From Myxococcota bacterium (lineage in GTDB: Bacteria > Myxococcota_A > SURF-8), in assembly GCA_963674735.2 (NCBI GenBank), contig CAXXQS010000001.1, positions 640,001-704,000 on the forward strand: a stretch of 64,000 bases of DNA, in the 5' to 3' direction. Every line of letters starts with the position of its first letter. The stretch's first letter is position 1. The notes under the pieces were generated by a model. The model was not told the DNA's origin. It made no database searches and was given only the letters and a program-made list of their open reading frames with translations. The position numbers and the translations under genes were made by a program. Shown piece after piece: positions 19,701 to 26,968 of this stretch.

Positions 19701-22047
19701 ATCGGCGGGTAGTGTTGTGTATGGGTGTAAGGATGGTGGCGGAAACCTCTTGGCTTCATCGCCTTGGTTTGAGGATATTGCGACCGAGCAGATCGAAGTC
19801 GGCGGAGTGATGCAAACGTTCTATGGCCTGCATCTCAACGATTCCGGAGCCAGCCAGAGCTTCGACTTCACCTTGCCGGGCGATGGCGCGTACTGCTGGC
19901 TTTCGCGAGCGCGCGACAATCACGACTATTCTCCGCTGGCGACTCCCGTCAATTCAACAGAGAAGACCTTCTTCGGTGTCGATACGGTTGCACCCGATTG
20001 GGAAACTCCGGCTACGGCGTTGACGGTAAAAGCGAAGACGGAAGAGGGATCGCAGTTTGATGTTCCCGATACGGAAGATAACTGGATGATCGAGAACGAT
20101 CTCAAGTTTTACTGGGATCCGGCTCGTCGCGACCCGCTGTCCGCGCCTCCGGCGGAAAACGAAACCGCCCCCATCGCCTATTACCACTACACGATCACGC
20201 CCCATCCGACGGATCGTAGTCAGGCGAATATGGCGGGTAATCTACAAAACGAAGGGCAGGCCCTTTTCGTTTATCCGCCTTCCGCCGAAACGTGGCAGCA
20301 GTTCCTGGCGGGAATCTACGAATTCCAGGTTACGGCGTTTGATGAAGCGGGCAACGAATCCGATGCTCTCGACTTCACCATCCGCATCGACTGGAAGAAC
20401 CTGAGTTCTCCCTGTCTGCATTCCACAACGCACCCGAACGAAACCTATGTCTATTGTAACGATGGCAGCTACGATGTCGGTGGGGAAGTGCCGGTTTACG
20501 ATCCGACGGCTCCCACCCCGATCATCCGCTTCATGGATCCGGTGGTGGCGAATAAAGATGCGTTTGTCGCCAACGATATTTGCTGCCAAGAATCGGGTGG
20601 ATGTAGCTGCAATGATGTCGTGACCGATTGCGACTGGGCGCTGGCTCATAGCGAGATCGTTGCCTACAGCTTTACCTTCAGGGAAGACACGGTTTCCCCT
20701 GATATCAACTACGAATGGGAAGACGATGCTCCGGCCGAAGGTGTGTGCGATGCCTACATGCGTTGCTACGATTCGCAGCAACCGGATAACTTTGACGACC
20801 GTTTCTCCTTTACCTTCCTGCCGTCGCGTTACCAGTTGGCCGATGGCTCTTACCTGGATTGTGGTGAGGACGATGTCGGAGATCCGTCGCCGTGGCGTTG
20901 TGTGCAGTATTTTGTGAGCAATGCCGATGGCGAGCAACAATCCGGCTCTTATTTCGTCAGCCTCTACGGCTGGTCGGAGATCGGATCGCGCACGGAATTG
21001 GCCAATTGGCAGTTCAATGTCTGCGGTTGCAACGAGGACAACTGCAAGAATGTCGGAGGGCGCAAGGATGACGGCCGGGCCATGGCCTTCTTCGATGGCG
21101 GCGAACTCGATATGACGGGTTCGGCCGGTGGCGAGGGCGGTTCCTCGGTGAATGTCGATCCTTTCTATCTGGACGAGAGTGAAGTCGCTAACGCGGATTA
21201 CGCCAAGTGTGTGGCTGACGAGGTGTGTCCGGATCTTGCCGACGCATTCAGCGGATCGAAAACGCGTGATAGTTATTACAAGAGTGAAACCTTTGCAACC
21301 TATCCGGTGGTGAACGTGGATTGGGACAGCGCGCAAGCCTATTGTGCCTGGGCCGAAAAACGCTTGCCGACCGAAATCGAATGGCTCTATGCCGCACAGC
21401 AAATTTTGGCGAGTCATCCCGATGGATTGGAAGCCAGCTTCCCCAGTGAGTTGATCGAGCGTGGTGATACCGATCCGGTCGATGCCGTGCACGGTCCCAT
21501 CTTAACGGGCAAATTGACCTTGCTGAATCTCTTCGACAACGTGTCGGAGTGGACATCGAGCTGGTGGTCGCCCGATTTGATGGTTCCCACTGCGGATGAG
21601 ATGGATATCGAAGCCATCCGGGCTCAGTGTCTGGCAAGTTGTGCGGCCGCTGCTGATGGCGAATCGGCCGAGCCGGTTGAGACCGAAGACACGGCGTTGT
21701 CGATGACGGGCCGCGAAACCGTGCAAACCGAGACCGAGCATTTGGCCGCCGAGAATCTGCAACTGGCCGATCCGGCTTGTGCGGCGGCCTGTCAGCGCAA
21801 AACGGTTCGCGGCGGTTCGTTTGAAGATGAATCGATCAGTCTGGATCTGCGCAAGGCTGTTTTGCCGGGCGATCAACAACCGAGCCTGGGCTTCCGCTGT
21901 GCCCGCGATGTCGGCGAAAATGATGAAGAGCTTAGCCGCGATGCGTCCATTGATTCGGATAGCGGTGTCGAGCCGATCGATCAGTCCGCGCAGGTTGAAC
22001 CGTCGATTGATACAACAAGCGTCGAGCGTGTTCACCTTCGGCGTTGA
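10777..22047 (+). CDS. Giant (3756 aa) secreted Cys/Gly-rich multidomain surface protein with C-terminal FGE-sulfatase (SUMF1/C-lectin fold) domain
   Basis: RBS GAGG; Sec signal (AWA); Cys-rich and CxxGxDDxxxGxxDCxDxxC motifs; Gly-rich domain; WDGSRSSEWSEPENW plus beta-helix-like region; LamG/DUF1080-like (about 16546-17172); NPGFE CBM4/9-like; FN3/Ig-like segments; FGE motifs FYLDESEVAN, YPVVNVDWDSAQAYCAW, KRLPTEIEW, NVSEW, RGGSF, LGFRCAR. Confidence 0.88.
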   Translation: MNSRDAKTGWLTWVVLLGLVLSMMIMGNAWAAGPCDPCVNTTQCGGGYDCWDYNSGGTATLVVPSGYNGFCMKSCLYYDAVAEKYKARSDSWCTSNAGYPSNECKYWVPYGSTVPQAKCLPNVAFVTIECTTGNPTYQDSCENDWRTDYCAIDEHCVPGTPQCKSDNEADAYDPETNPNPCSNGEDDDLDGYYDCLDSDCDGALNCAGNQCESCNDNADCSTGDLVSFVCHDDGYGKVCTQECDAFTCGPGATCKNVAGQDLCIPDVREYICAGQELRSVNYCNANLLVDVCDVDHICNELLGECELITALESVCNDGFDDNFNGLTDCDDLGCRDYPDCPSPEVVHPTLRSNHGGGIWHFTAADDGTEISDYHYNISEFIIDEGVTINVSPQKKLYIKANKITINGTIDADEAGMPGGKGSPTKDAGADGSSHHLGGNAGEQASANAGRMDPQALEYVMFAFEEDGATLPEEFYFELGGGFGTPGGQAELNLDDVPSYCSVGCDCGWTGSCSCNKGSGAVCSGGGGGGGTGGGYMTNGCQGNDAAPGFQPTSLTSVHCNGGDGGSGAEVTSSFSDYDRYGWLLMGSGGAGGGSGAGNGSGDGAPGGDGGGAVALEATEWIHLGANAVITANGGSGLFTGTASEPDVLDGAACENCDEATGEACTNYYFGGGCGGGSGSGSGGGILLAAPDVSLNDGASLSAKGGVGHNLNWWQMEIVIDLFFFVIELGYIVCEPTSGDISYDGAGGAGVVKVFDDDGVNDFCYGDGCADISGCGAANVAPQYHALQDLTVRVRYASDPDGPDVDTYPYVVDGIEYTGTTTLSVVPGGEYSFSAALTHSYLDGDQTRYSSFVEWSLDPYDPLTPEAPPKTTVRDYMITDESVVTLYVLAETYYLWDGSRSSEWSEPENWQLCAVDSVNCTPDSNGYPAFIAPCLLPGDINSHSVKVLTNDTEGGSSYASTLYITGDLYCKDMEIGHEANVMFAMDQPTAVELDECHDLVMPECDPGDEIVCFDNAFVCSGFGQCVNSCTEDWQCMLIQPNAVCDSNVCTIPLDQRCYGGEFSCVDSQCVNTCSSDSQCQAANPKYTCEGSTCVYNPASEGASNLTIGGTFVVRGDLGGESDDPIEGNVITVNGNTQLGPLEGQLGLAQLYLNNATIVANGNLVVTNRARIYRENAVGDTDAAIQVGGGLVDDPGTAQLEATLIDFRSQDYDAGLFRIQLAGADRNVQLESSFGPIIDEQISERNLGVLDVARGVLHIGGNTVTLSESLQVGAEGKVVLGASSSLRVIGNGDLATAKPIVLSDRGALSDAIVSDGGSLWVGPFNYNYAISVPAAHASVIDFGVNARVTLNEGTFFYIDNLEKCTGWDLDLDQAAYLVADQTRFEIDNDLTITSPGLLNVTDCEFNAGAGYQEFDPSNPVTCQSGEIQRPGDFTVTDPSSTCTEQTCSIDAATEIEFPGFAFSTMGEFEDIGGKLVPTSDGAEIGGNAAFDELRVNVDLVIPSGASPIFEDLVYVQNDGKLEVRPGGVLRFGNDAVMEVWGELDMRGTYVSDTDITYAMLSHRLDDETSTYTVNIELGGTIKASYAIFEYMGVTGLTVKDGATVDVTDNFSHCRFRYSYHPSSYRMLAIDNSQELIIDGARFISNVHPSSFGGLHNAAKQYDQGVLVFINERCDPDNVPMDNLDCVGGDNWDISGELYDQESYVGVRLERIYWTPGLSVSDYKAVVYDRYAPLNSEKSYILFGIENINNPTSTEYCIKDNLTDVILGSDYRLSAATCDANWGNKEFWGGGGGVMIEVPDRSSFQFAAKSRLVIENDVGGPLYTYPASDWVVSDATVGPTGDRTPSDPTAAAAVIATPQTIDPEDRNIGLAWGLLGDPGAGEDSTWDVKFAALRGVGPNSLGDMAGLPNHGHVLADVPSDFTPVKGFWDNFEMEYEGAPPWQYSPQCAWTRENSVLKGENPGQSGCAEGEYYSRILFKPPNDVIEYYDELAGGYVMTFDLKRTGGSGGPEVTFLLDTDYTGDPEDVVNPTAARWQIGVMDDQLVPKSKLFHSGDAASNIEDFSLVSDRWYQVMIYVYHIDDVTNGSVHMARGYVNGQRLWEIDLSSGVTGNAAANLNWFGFMLHDSEVEIDNLMVAPLLDPVQGTVDVGNGPETRWTFTDDDAKDLASPITPDFTFSDITAIGGEAIQVTVVEPDAADGNNATYKDQGSAYFYYVLGFDSEGNVSNYVRNPGFEGLNVDVWQGTGPDDDPLRPYFDETEGVLAEALEGRWLGTIALPFSKSVTMMGVQNIQAPYVAESMMPGSSILRFQRYFKINDYTDGSVFPATFTVNFADASSSTAVGMEFASVTDGWLIDTARMQLDQTDQVASLQVFSQPSGATPNYELSLDQARLDVITGQAMWAGYNYTQIEYNAEFLGGKCDFAELKVDDGEGGWKWPESGTVTDNWVFQTANERRFYRIRSCDATGGEDDNCGDWRGGHTCNSDAECVALNKDYIKCVDFDGHNYCARCVDAGCSTPQDCVPGVEVYSSAVPPANPLLATKNTDFSTFQNADPDGNALVLAWDNGAGTLKNSTGTEYQIRGLSAENAAECSSCNPYEETCSTSVRVENYWNPISESFTANASEDATWSMFEINMVKRKSAGRMRNTGSNPNNLDPQRFYCFQVRAQNHNAQPTAWTAISNAVQPPARPVVDLLSVSVKYGQNPAGYDADSPFAMSTDGSTYQEVSFVVTDPNNVGTYSDLDVVGFRVLPHGDYDLTYMNGNLYSHMQRGDFRAMYTGSHDLHASSSWEFLIEAGKENINGNQAVDLLETGVDASFAAEVSAGNLVNGVRFTFRWTLDENYPSGYETDQDQGFMIKVADTEGIVTDWNVNEVGSCEKVFHTSYTPPTPVLASHGSPTVWINSVEPQLVVLGNLDYDRLDHVNLSTVCAAFTDDQGNPDPVCNEWGLTGPRAGWYNCIDADADSRDEVDYQVEIWKGEVSESAGSVVYGCKDGGGNLLASSPWFEDIATEQIEVGGVMQTFYGLHLNDSGASQSFDFTLPGDGAYCWLSRARDNHDYSPLATPVNSTEKTFFGVDTVAPDWETPATALTVKAKTEEGSQFDVPDTEDNWMIENDLKFYWDPARRDPLSAPPAENETAPIAYYHYTITPHPTDRSQANMAGNLQNEGQALFVYPPSAETWQQFLAGIYEFQVTAFDEAGNESDALDFTIRIDWKNLSSPCLHSTTHPNETYVYCNDGSYDVGGEVPVYDPTAPTPIIRFMDPVVANKDAFVANDICCQESGGCSCNDVVTDCDWALAHSEIVAYSFTFREDTVSPDINYEWEDDAPAEGVCDAYMRCYDSQQPDNFDDRFSFTFLPSRYQLADGSYLDCGEDDVGDPSPWRCVQYFVSNADGEQQSGSYFVSLYGWSEIGSRTELANWQFNVCGCNEDNCKNVGGRKDDGRAMAFFDGGELDMTGSAGGEGGSSVNVDPFYLDESEVANADYAKCVADEVCPDLADAFSGSKTRDSYYKSETFATYPVVNVDWDSAQAYCAWAEKRLPTEIEWLYAAQQILASHPDGLEASFPSELIERGDTDPVDAVHGPILTGKLTLLNLFDNVSEWTSSWWSPDLMVPTADEMDIEAIRAQCLASCAAAADGESAEPVETEDTALSMTGRETVQTETEHLAAENLQLADPACAAACQRKTVRGGSFEDESISLDLRKAVLPGDQQPSLGFRCARDVGENDEELSRDASIDSDSGVEPIDQSAQVEPSIDTTSVERVHLRR
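11839..11847 (+). repeat. G9 homopolymer in frame (Gly-Gly-Gly) within the giant gene
   Basis: cat-ggg-ggg-ggg-att; the longest homopolymer I noticed in the window. Confidence 0.75.
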
Positions 22048-22136
22048 GGTGGTGAGCGTTTGCTGATGATCTTGGGTTGGAGCCACGGGTAATAGACGCA
22101 ACCCCCATCGGGGGAGGGGCAAGGAAGGTGGTCCAC

Positions 22137-24383
22137 ATGAAGTCGTATCTCGGAAGCCATTGGGCGTCGCCCGGTCGCGTTGTTTTGCTTGTGATGCTTC
22201 TGATCGGAGCTTTTGTGATCCAAGCCTGCGGTGGCGGCGGTGCCGAGCCGGATGGCGACGAGGAAATCGACAATAAATGTGAGGAAGGCTATATCTACTC
22301 CAATGGCCGCTGCGTTCCCATCCCTACCGATGGTGATACGGATAGGGACAAAGACGCCTCCGATGGCGATGTGCCGGATGGAGACATCCCCGACGAAGAT
22401 CGCCCGGATGGCGACCTCGACGACGTGCCTACTGACGGTGACATCGAAGATCTGGAACCGGAAGACGAGCCCGAGTGGGAGACTCCCGATCAAAACCCCG
22501 AAGTCGTCGATGAATACGATGAAAGTCCCGTTTGTGTGACGAGTTTCGATTGTCTGGAAGGGGAGACGTGCATCGATGGGCGGTGCGTGGAAGACACCCC
22601 GGACGGCGATACCGATCCTGACTGGGACTGGGAACACGATGGGGAATTGGAGTATTGCGAATCGGGGCAAATTTCCTGTGCCAGCAATGATGATTGCCCA
22701 CCTTTCATTCTGTGCAATCCCGAAGATAACTGCTGTGACGAAAGCTATTATGTGACCTGTCAGGTGCATGAGCAGTGTCCGACAGGTTATCACTGTAACG
22801 GAATCGGTATCTGCGACTCTTTCTGCCTGTGGGACACGGCGTGTCCGCCGACATGGTGTTGCACCGATATCGGTTACTGCGTTCCCTTCCAGTTCTGTAA
22901 CGGTGGTGATGAAGAGGTCGAGGAAGAGATTCCCACCTGCAGCAGTTGTCAGGACTGCCTGAATCTTTTCGGTGAGGGGTATTTCTGCAACATCGATACG
23001 GCGACTTGTCAGCCGGGCGATTGCTGCGATGATTCGGATTGCGACCAGCAGGCGGGGGGATTGTGCAATCTCTATACCGGCACCTGCTTCTATCCCGGAG
23101 ACCAAAGTAACATCGGCTCCATCTCCGGTACGATAACGGCGGATGACAGCTATGAGGGTTTTGTGGGGCTGGCCGAAATGCAGGCGCGCAACCTGTTCGG
23201 GGACGTGCTCGGCAGAGGAGAAATCGGCGAAATATCCGAAATCGGTGGCGGCGTCATTGAGGCCGATTACACGATAGAAGGATTGTTTGAAGGCGATTAC
23301 TATGTTTACATCGCCCCCATTGATGCTCCGGAGGTGGAACCGGTTCCCTATTTTTACAACCCAGTTACCATCGACTACGATACATCGGAAAGCACCCATG
23401 TTGTGGGGATCGACTTCTACGCTGGGGTGGACAATCCGCAGTTAGCGGAAATCAGTGGAACGGTTTTCAATACGGAAGATTACTGGTACCGAAATTTCCG
23501 CGTGCAGCTTCATCGAGAAGTCAGCTTGAACGAGTTGGAACAGGTCGGGACCGTAAATGCCATCGGTGAAGATGGCCCCAGCTCGTTGGAGAGGGCTTTT
23601 TCGTTTATCAATGTCGAGGATGGTCTGTATTACCTCGAAACGCGCGTCACCATGCCCGGTGGTGAGGAACAAGATTATTGGTCGTCGCCGACCGTGATTG
23701 ACCTGCAAAACAATCCGATGCAACGGGTGACAGGTATCGAATTCTACTTCAGTTCCAGCAACGACGTGTTGGGAAGTCTGTCGGGTACGATTCGGTATGC
23801 CGATTGGTACGATGCCGAAGATTTCTCCGTCGAACTGTATCGCTATCCGAAAACCTATGCTGTCGCCCGCGCCGCGATCAGTAGCGCGAGCAAAGGTGAA
23901 CTGAGCTATAGCTTCGATAATATCGAAGGAGGCTTATACTGGATACGGGCCTTTGCTATGGTGGGGGATGTGGTTGTGGAAACGCGTCCGGCCAGTTCCA
24001 CCATTAATGTGATCGAAGGTGAAGAAAACGATTACACCGGACGTAACGTGTTCTTCGACGTGGTGCGCAGCGATTTGTGCTCGATTTCCGGCACCTTGTC
24101 TTTCCCCGACTCCATGGATGCCAATACCTTCCGGGTCAAGGTGTTCCAGGATGCGGCTTATACCCAATTATTGGTTGCCGATCCTGTTTTCGATGTGGAT
24201 CCCGAATTGAACGAAGCGAACTATTTTGTTGAAAACCTGGATTCGGGCACTTACTATCTGAAAGCGGAATCCGATGATGGAGTCGGAGGTGTTTCGGAGG
24301 TCGCCGCTTCAGGATCGGTTACCGTCGATGTTTCAAGCGGCCCGAAGGATGTTGGGGATGTGGATCTTGATTTCAACCCATAA
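22137..24383 (+). CDS. Lipoprotein: DGD linkers, Cys-rich modules and four prealbumin/carboxypeptidase-regulatory-like beta-sandwich repeats
   Basis: RBS AAGGAAGG; lipobox IQAC; four ~105-aa repeats starting (G/A/C)(S/E)(I/L)SGT and containing xxGxY(Y/W). Confidence 0.8.
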   Translation: MKSYLGSHWASPGRVVLLVMLLIGAFVIQACGGGGAEPDGDEEIDNKCEEGYIYSNGRCVPIPTDGDTDRDKDASDGDVPDGDIPDEDRPDGDLDDVPTDGDIEDLEPEDEPEWETPDQNPEVVDEYDESPVCVTSFDCLEGETCIDGRCVEDTPDGDTDPDWDWEHDGELEYCESGQISCASNDDCPPFILCNPEDNCCDESYYVTCQVHEQCPTGYHCNGIGICDSFCLWDTACPPTWCCTDIGYCVPFQFCNGGDEEVEEEIPTCSSCQDCLNLFGEGYFCNIDTATCQPGDCCDDSDCDQQAGGLCNLYTGTCFYPGDQSNIGSISGTITADDSYEGFVGLAEMQARNLFGDVLGRGEIGEISEIGGGVIEADYTIEGLFEGDYYVYIAPIDAPEVEPVPYFYNPVTIDYDTSESTHVVGIDFYAGVDNPQLAEISGTVFNTEDYWYRNFRVQLHREVSLNELEQVGTVNAIGEDGPSSLERAFSFINVEDGLYYLETRVTMPGGEEQDYWSSPTVIDLQNNPMQRVTGIEFYFSSSNDVLGSLSGTIRYADWYDAEDFSVELYRYPKTYAVARAAISSASKGELSYSFDNIEGGLYWIRAFAMVGDVVVETRPASSTINVIEGEENDYTGRNVFFDVVRSDLCSISGTLSFPDSMDANTFRVKVFQDAAYTQLLVADPVFDVDPELNEANYFVENLDSGTYYLKAESDDGVGGVSEVAASGSVTVDVSSGPKDVGDVDLDFNP

Positions 24384-24419
24384 TCAAAGATGGGTTACCT
24401 GTCTGTTATGTGGAGGAGA

Positions 24420-25364
24420 ATGATGAAACGGACACGATTATTGGGGTTGGCGCTATCGGGGGTTCTTCTCATCTTGCTTGTGTCTTGCAGCAGCAACGAC
24501 TCGACTTCTCCCGACGGCGACGAAACCACGGAATGCCCGAGTGGTCAGGTTCTGGGACCGGACGGCAAATGTCATACTTTGCCGGATGGCGATGTGCCCG
24601 ATCCGAGTGACGGCGACCAGGATACGGATATCGAACCGGAAGACGATGATACGGATGTTGATACGGTCGATATCGATGGTGACAAGACCGATACCGACGG
24701 GGACACGGTCGATACCGACGGCGATACGGTCGATACCGACGGCGATGAAATCGAAAATGTCGATACCGACGGTGATGTCATCGATATAGATATTGATTCC
24801 TATGAAGGATCGGATAACAACCCCGACGGAGACGTCGATGAGGAAGATGCCGACGAAATAATGGGGACTTGTCAGGGGCCTTGCACCCAGGATGAGCAAT
24901 GCGGTTACGGCTGTTACTGTCAGACCGACACCTGTGGTCGCGAATGTTTCTCCGATTTCGATTGTGGGGGGCCGCGTCCTTGGTGCAATCCCGAACGTGG
25001 GCGTTGTGAAGTGATGCCGGCGGACGAAGAGGACGTTGAAGAGATTATCGTGAATTGCCCCGGAGGCACCGACGAGGAATGCTCGGTGGGCTACATTTGC
25101 ACATCGAACTTCTGTAATCTAGGTTGTACCCCGGGTGGGTGTCCTTTCGGCTTTACCTGTGATGATAGCGACCATCCGCGTTGTCAGATGGATAGCAGCA
25201 AGGCGGGACAGGCACTCAAGAATCTGACGCCTTGTCAGTCGGACAATATGTGCAAAAGTGGGCAAATTTGCGATTGGAACCGCTCCGTGTGCATTTCCGG
25301 TTGCCGCGACGATGCGGAATGTCCCCCCGAAGCGCCTGTCTGTAGCGAGGGAATCTGCTATTAG
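24420..25364 (+). CDS. Lipoprotein with DTDGD repeats and Cys-rich (Dickkopf-N-like) modules
   Basis: RBS GGAGGAG; lipobox LVSC; long Asp-rich linker; repeated CxxDxxCxxGxxC modules; no catalytic domain seen. Confidence 0.8.
   Translation: MMKRTRLLGLALSGVLLILLVSCSSNDSTSPDGDETTECPSGQVLGPDGKCHTLPDGDVPDPSDGDQDTDIEPEDDDTDVDTVDIDGDKTDTDGDTVDTDGDTVDTDGDEIENVDTDGDVIDIDIDSYEGSDNNPDGDVDEEDADEIMGTCQGPCTQDEQCGYGCYCQTDTCGRECFSDFDCGGPRPWCNPERGRCEVMPADEEDVEEIIVNCPGGTDEECSVGYICTSNFCNLGCTPGGCPFGFTCDDSDHPRCQMDSSKAGQALKNLTPCQSDNMCKSGQICDWNRSVCISGCRDDAECPPEAPVCSEGICY
24690..24776 (+). repeat. 21-nt coding tandem repeat (DTDGDTV)
   Basis: gataccgacggggacacggtc / gataccgacggcgatacggtc / gataccgacggcgat, plus a fourth degenerate copy. 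Confidence 0.85.
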
Positions 25365-25388
25365 TTCCGATAACGATCCGTAAACACC

Positions 25389-25416
25389 AAACCCCACGTT
25401 TCGGCGTGGGGTTTTT
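25389..25416 (+). terminator. Rho-independent terminator ending the giant-protein operon
   Basis: aaaccccacg-tttcgg-cgtggggttt stem followed by a T-tract. Confidence 0.85.
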
Positions 25417-25692
25417 CATTAAAGAAGCGTTCGGCCCACTGCGTCATGTTCTCCGGATAATTCTTTACGATTGCAAGAGAAAAGTGGTATGAATAAACAG
25501 CTAAGCCTGTCGACGCGCTGCTTCATTGGCGTTGTTTGGGGATAGGCTGGCTGCTGTTTCCCTTTGCGGAATCATCCTTCCGACTTTTCAGGCAAGATCA
25601 ACATTGTGGTTGGAATGGGATAGGAAACATCGGGATGCAAAGCAACCTGTTGTCACTCTATCTAGTGATTGGTAATTTACGAGGAGTAACTC

Positions 25693-26913
25693 ATGGCCAG
25701 ACTGCTCGACCTTCATGTGCATCCCAGTCTAAAGATGTATTACCTGCCTTATTTGAGGGCATCTTTTCATGCACGGGTGCTATCGGGACCGTTTCGCAAC
25801 CCCTTGTCTTTTCGAACTCAGTACTCGCACCTGAAGAATTCGCCAGTCAAAATCATGCTTTGCGCACATTATGTGATTGAGCAGGATTTCGTCAAGCATG
25901 GCATTCAGGGATGGGCGCGAGCTGTTTCATGGATCTTTGCTCCTTTGTTTTACGGGAAGCTGAGGCGGGAAGATCCTTACAAAGCCTTGAATGGGATGAT
26001 GGACACGCTGGAGAAGGCTGCCGCCAACACCAATCGCTGGGTATTTGGAAACGGTACCCGCTTTAAACTCGTGCGCCGCTTTGCCGAACTTCAGGATTTG
26101 GGATCCAACGAAATCGCTCTCGTTCATGCCATCGAAGGGGCGCATGCGTTGGGATACCATCCCGAGCCCGGTCAGAGCCTCGATGATTTCATGCAGCAGA
26201 CGCTCAAACGCTTGAAAGAAGTGAAGGAACGAGGTGTTTGTCTAATCACGCTGGCCCATTTCTGGGACAACATGTTTGCGCCGCAAACCAACGGCACCGA
26301 GCTTGTTCCGAAAAGGAAAAACGGTGAAATGTCGCGCGATTACGATGACTTGATGGCGGAAATGAAGCGCGCCGACTGGGAGTGGGGCGATAAACAACGT
26401 TTGGCCGAGCCTTTTGCTCGCGCCTGTCTTGAAATGGGCATGCTTATCGACATCTCCCACACCCAGGAACATGCTCGTTGGCGGATCTACGAGCTTTGTG
26501 AAAGCTATGATCGTCCTGTTATCGCTTCACATGTGGGTTTGCGCCATTTTTTCAACCACGAGTACAACTTGTCCGATGACGAAGTGTTGCGGATTCATAA
26601 ATTGGGCGGAATCGTGGGCTTGATTCTGTCGCGCCGTTGGCTGGTCGACCCGCTCAAACATCCCGAAACCTCCGGTAACGGGATCGATGATCTCATCGAA
26701 AACATGCTTTATATTCGCAACCTTACTGGCGATGTGTCCTGCATCGGCATCGGGACCGACTTCGATGGCTTGACGGATCCCTTCGATGATTGCTATCATC
26801 CGGGACACCTGGACCGCGTTGCCGAGGCCATGCGAAAGCATTTCACCGAAGGCGAAATCGACCAGATTCTCTACGGAAATTCCTTGCGGGCGCTTGAACG
26901 CGGGTGGGATTAA
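25693..26913 (+). CDS. Peptidase M19 (membrane/renal dipeptidase family) amidohydrolase, cytoplasmic
   Basis: RBS GAGGAG; DLHVH, IEGAH, TLAH, IDISH, IASH, GIGTDFDG motifs; no signal peptide. Confidence 0.9.
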   Translation: MARLLDLHVHPSLKMYYLPYLRASFHARVLSGPFRNPLSFRTQYSHLKNSPVKIMLCAHYVIEQDFVKHGIQGWARAVSWIFAPLFYGKLRREDPYKALNGMMDTLEKAAANTNRWVFGNGTRFKLVRRFAELQDLGSNEIALVHAIEGAHALGYHPEPGQSLDDFMQQTLKRLKEVKERGVCLITLAHFWDNMFAPQTNGTELVPKRKNGEMSRDYDDLMAEMKRADWEWGDKQRLAEPFARACLEMGMLIDISHTQEHARWRIYELCESYDRPVIASHVGLRHFFNHEYNLSDDEVLRIHKLGGIVGLILSRRWLVDPLKHPETSGNGIDDLIENMLYIRNLTGDVSCIGIGTDFDGLTDPFDDCYHPGHLDRVAEAMRKHFTEGEIDQILYGNSLRALERGWD

Positions 26914-26944
26914 GCGGATTGACGATTTGTTGATGATCGATAGG

Positions 26945-26968
26945 GCGGCACCTGCGGGTGCCGTTTTT
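26945..26968 (+). terminator. Rho-independent terminator after the dipeptidase
   Basis: gcggcacc-tgcg-ggtgccgt stem plus T-tract, between convergent genes. Confidence 0.65.

Noticed and set aside
21798-21906. Diversity-generating retroelement targeting the C-terminal FGE/C-lectin domain
   Set aside because: No reverse transcriptase, Avd-like gene or template repeat seen in the window, and the domain is followed by a ~45-aa tail. A remote DGR cannot be excluded.
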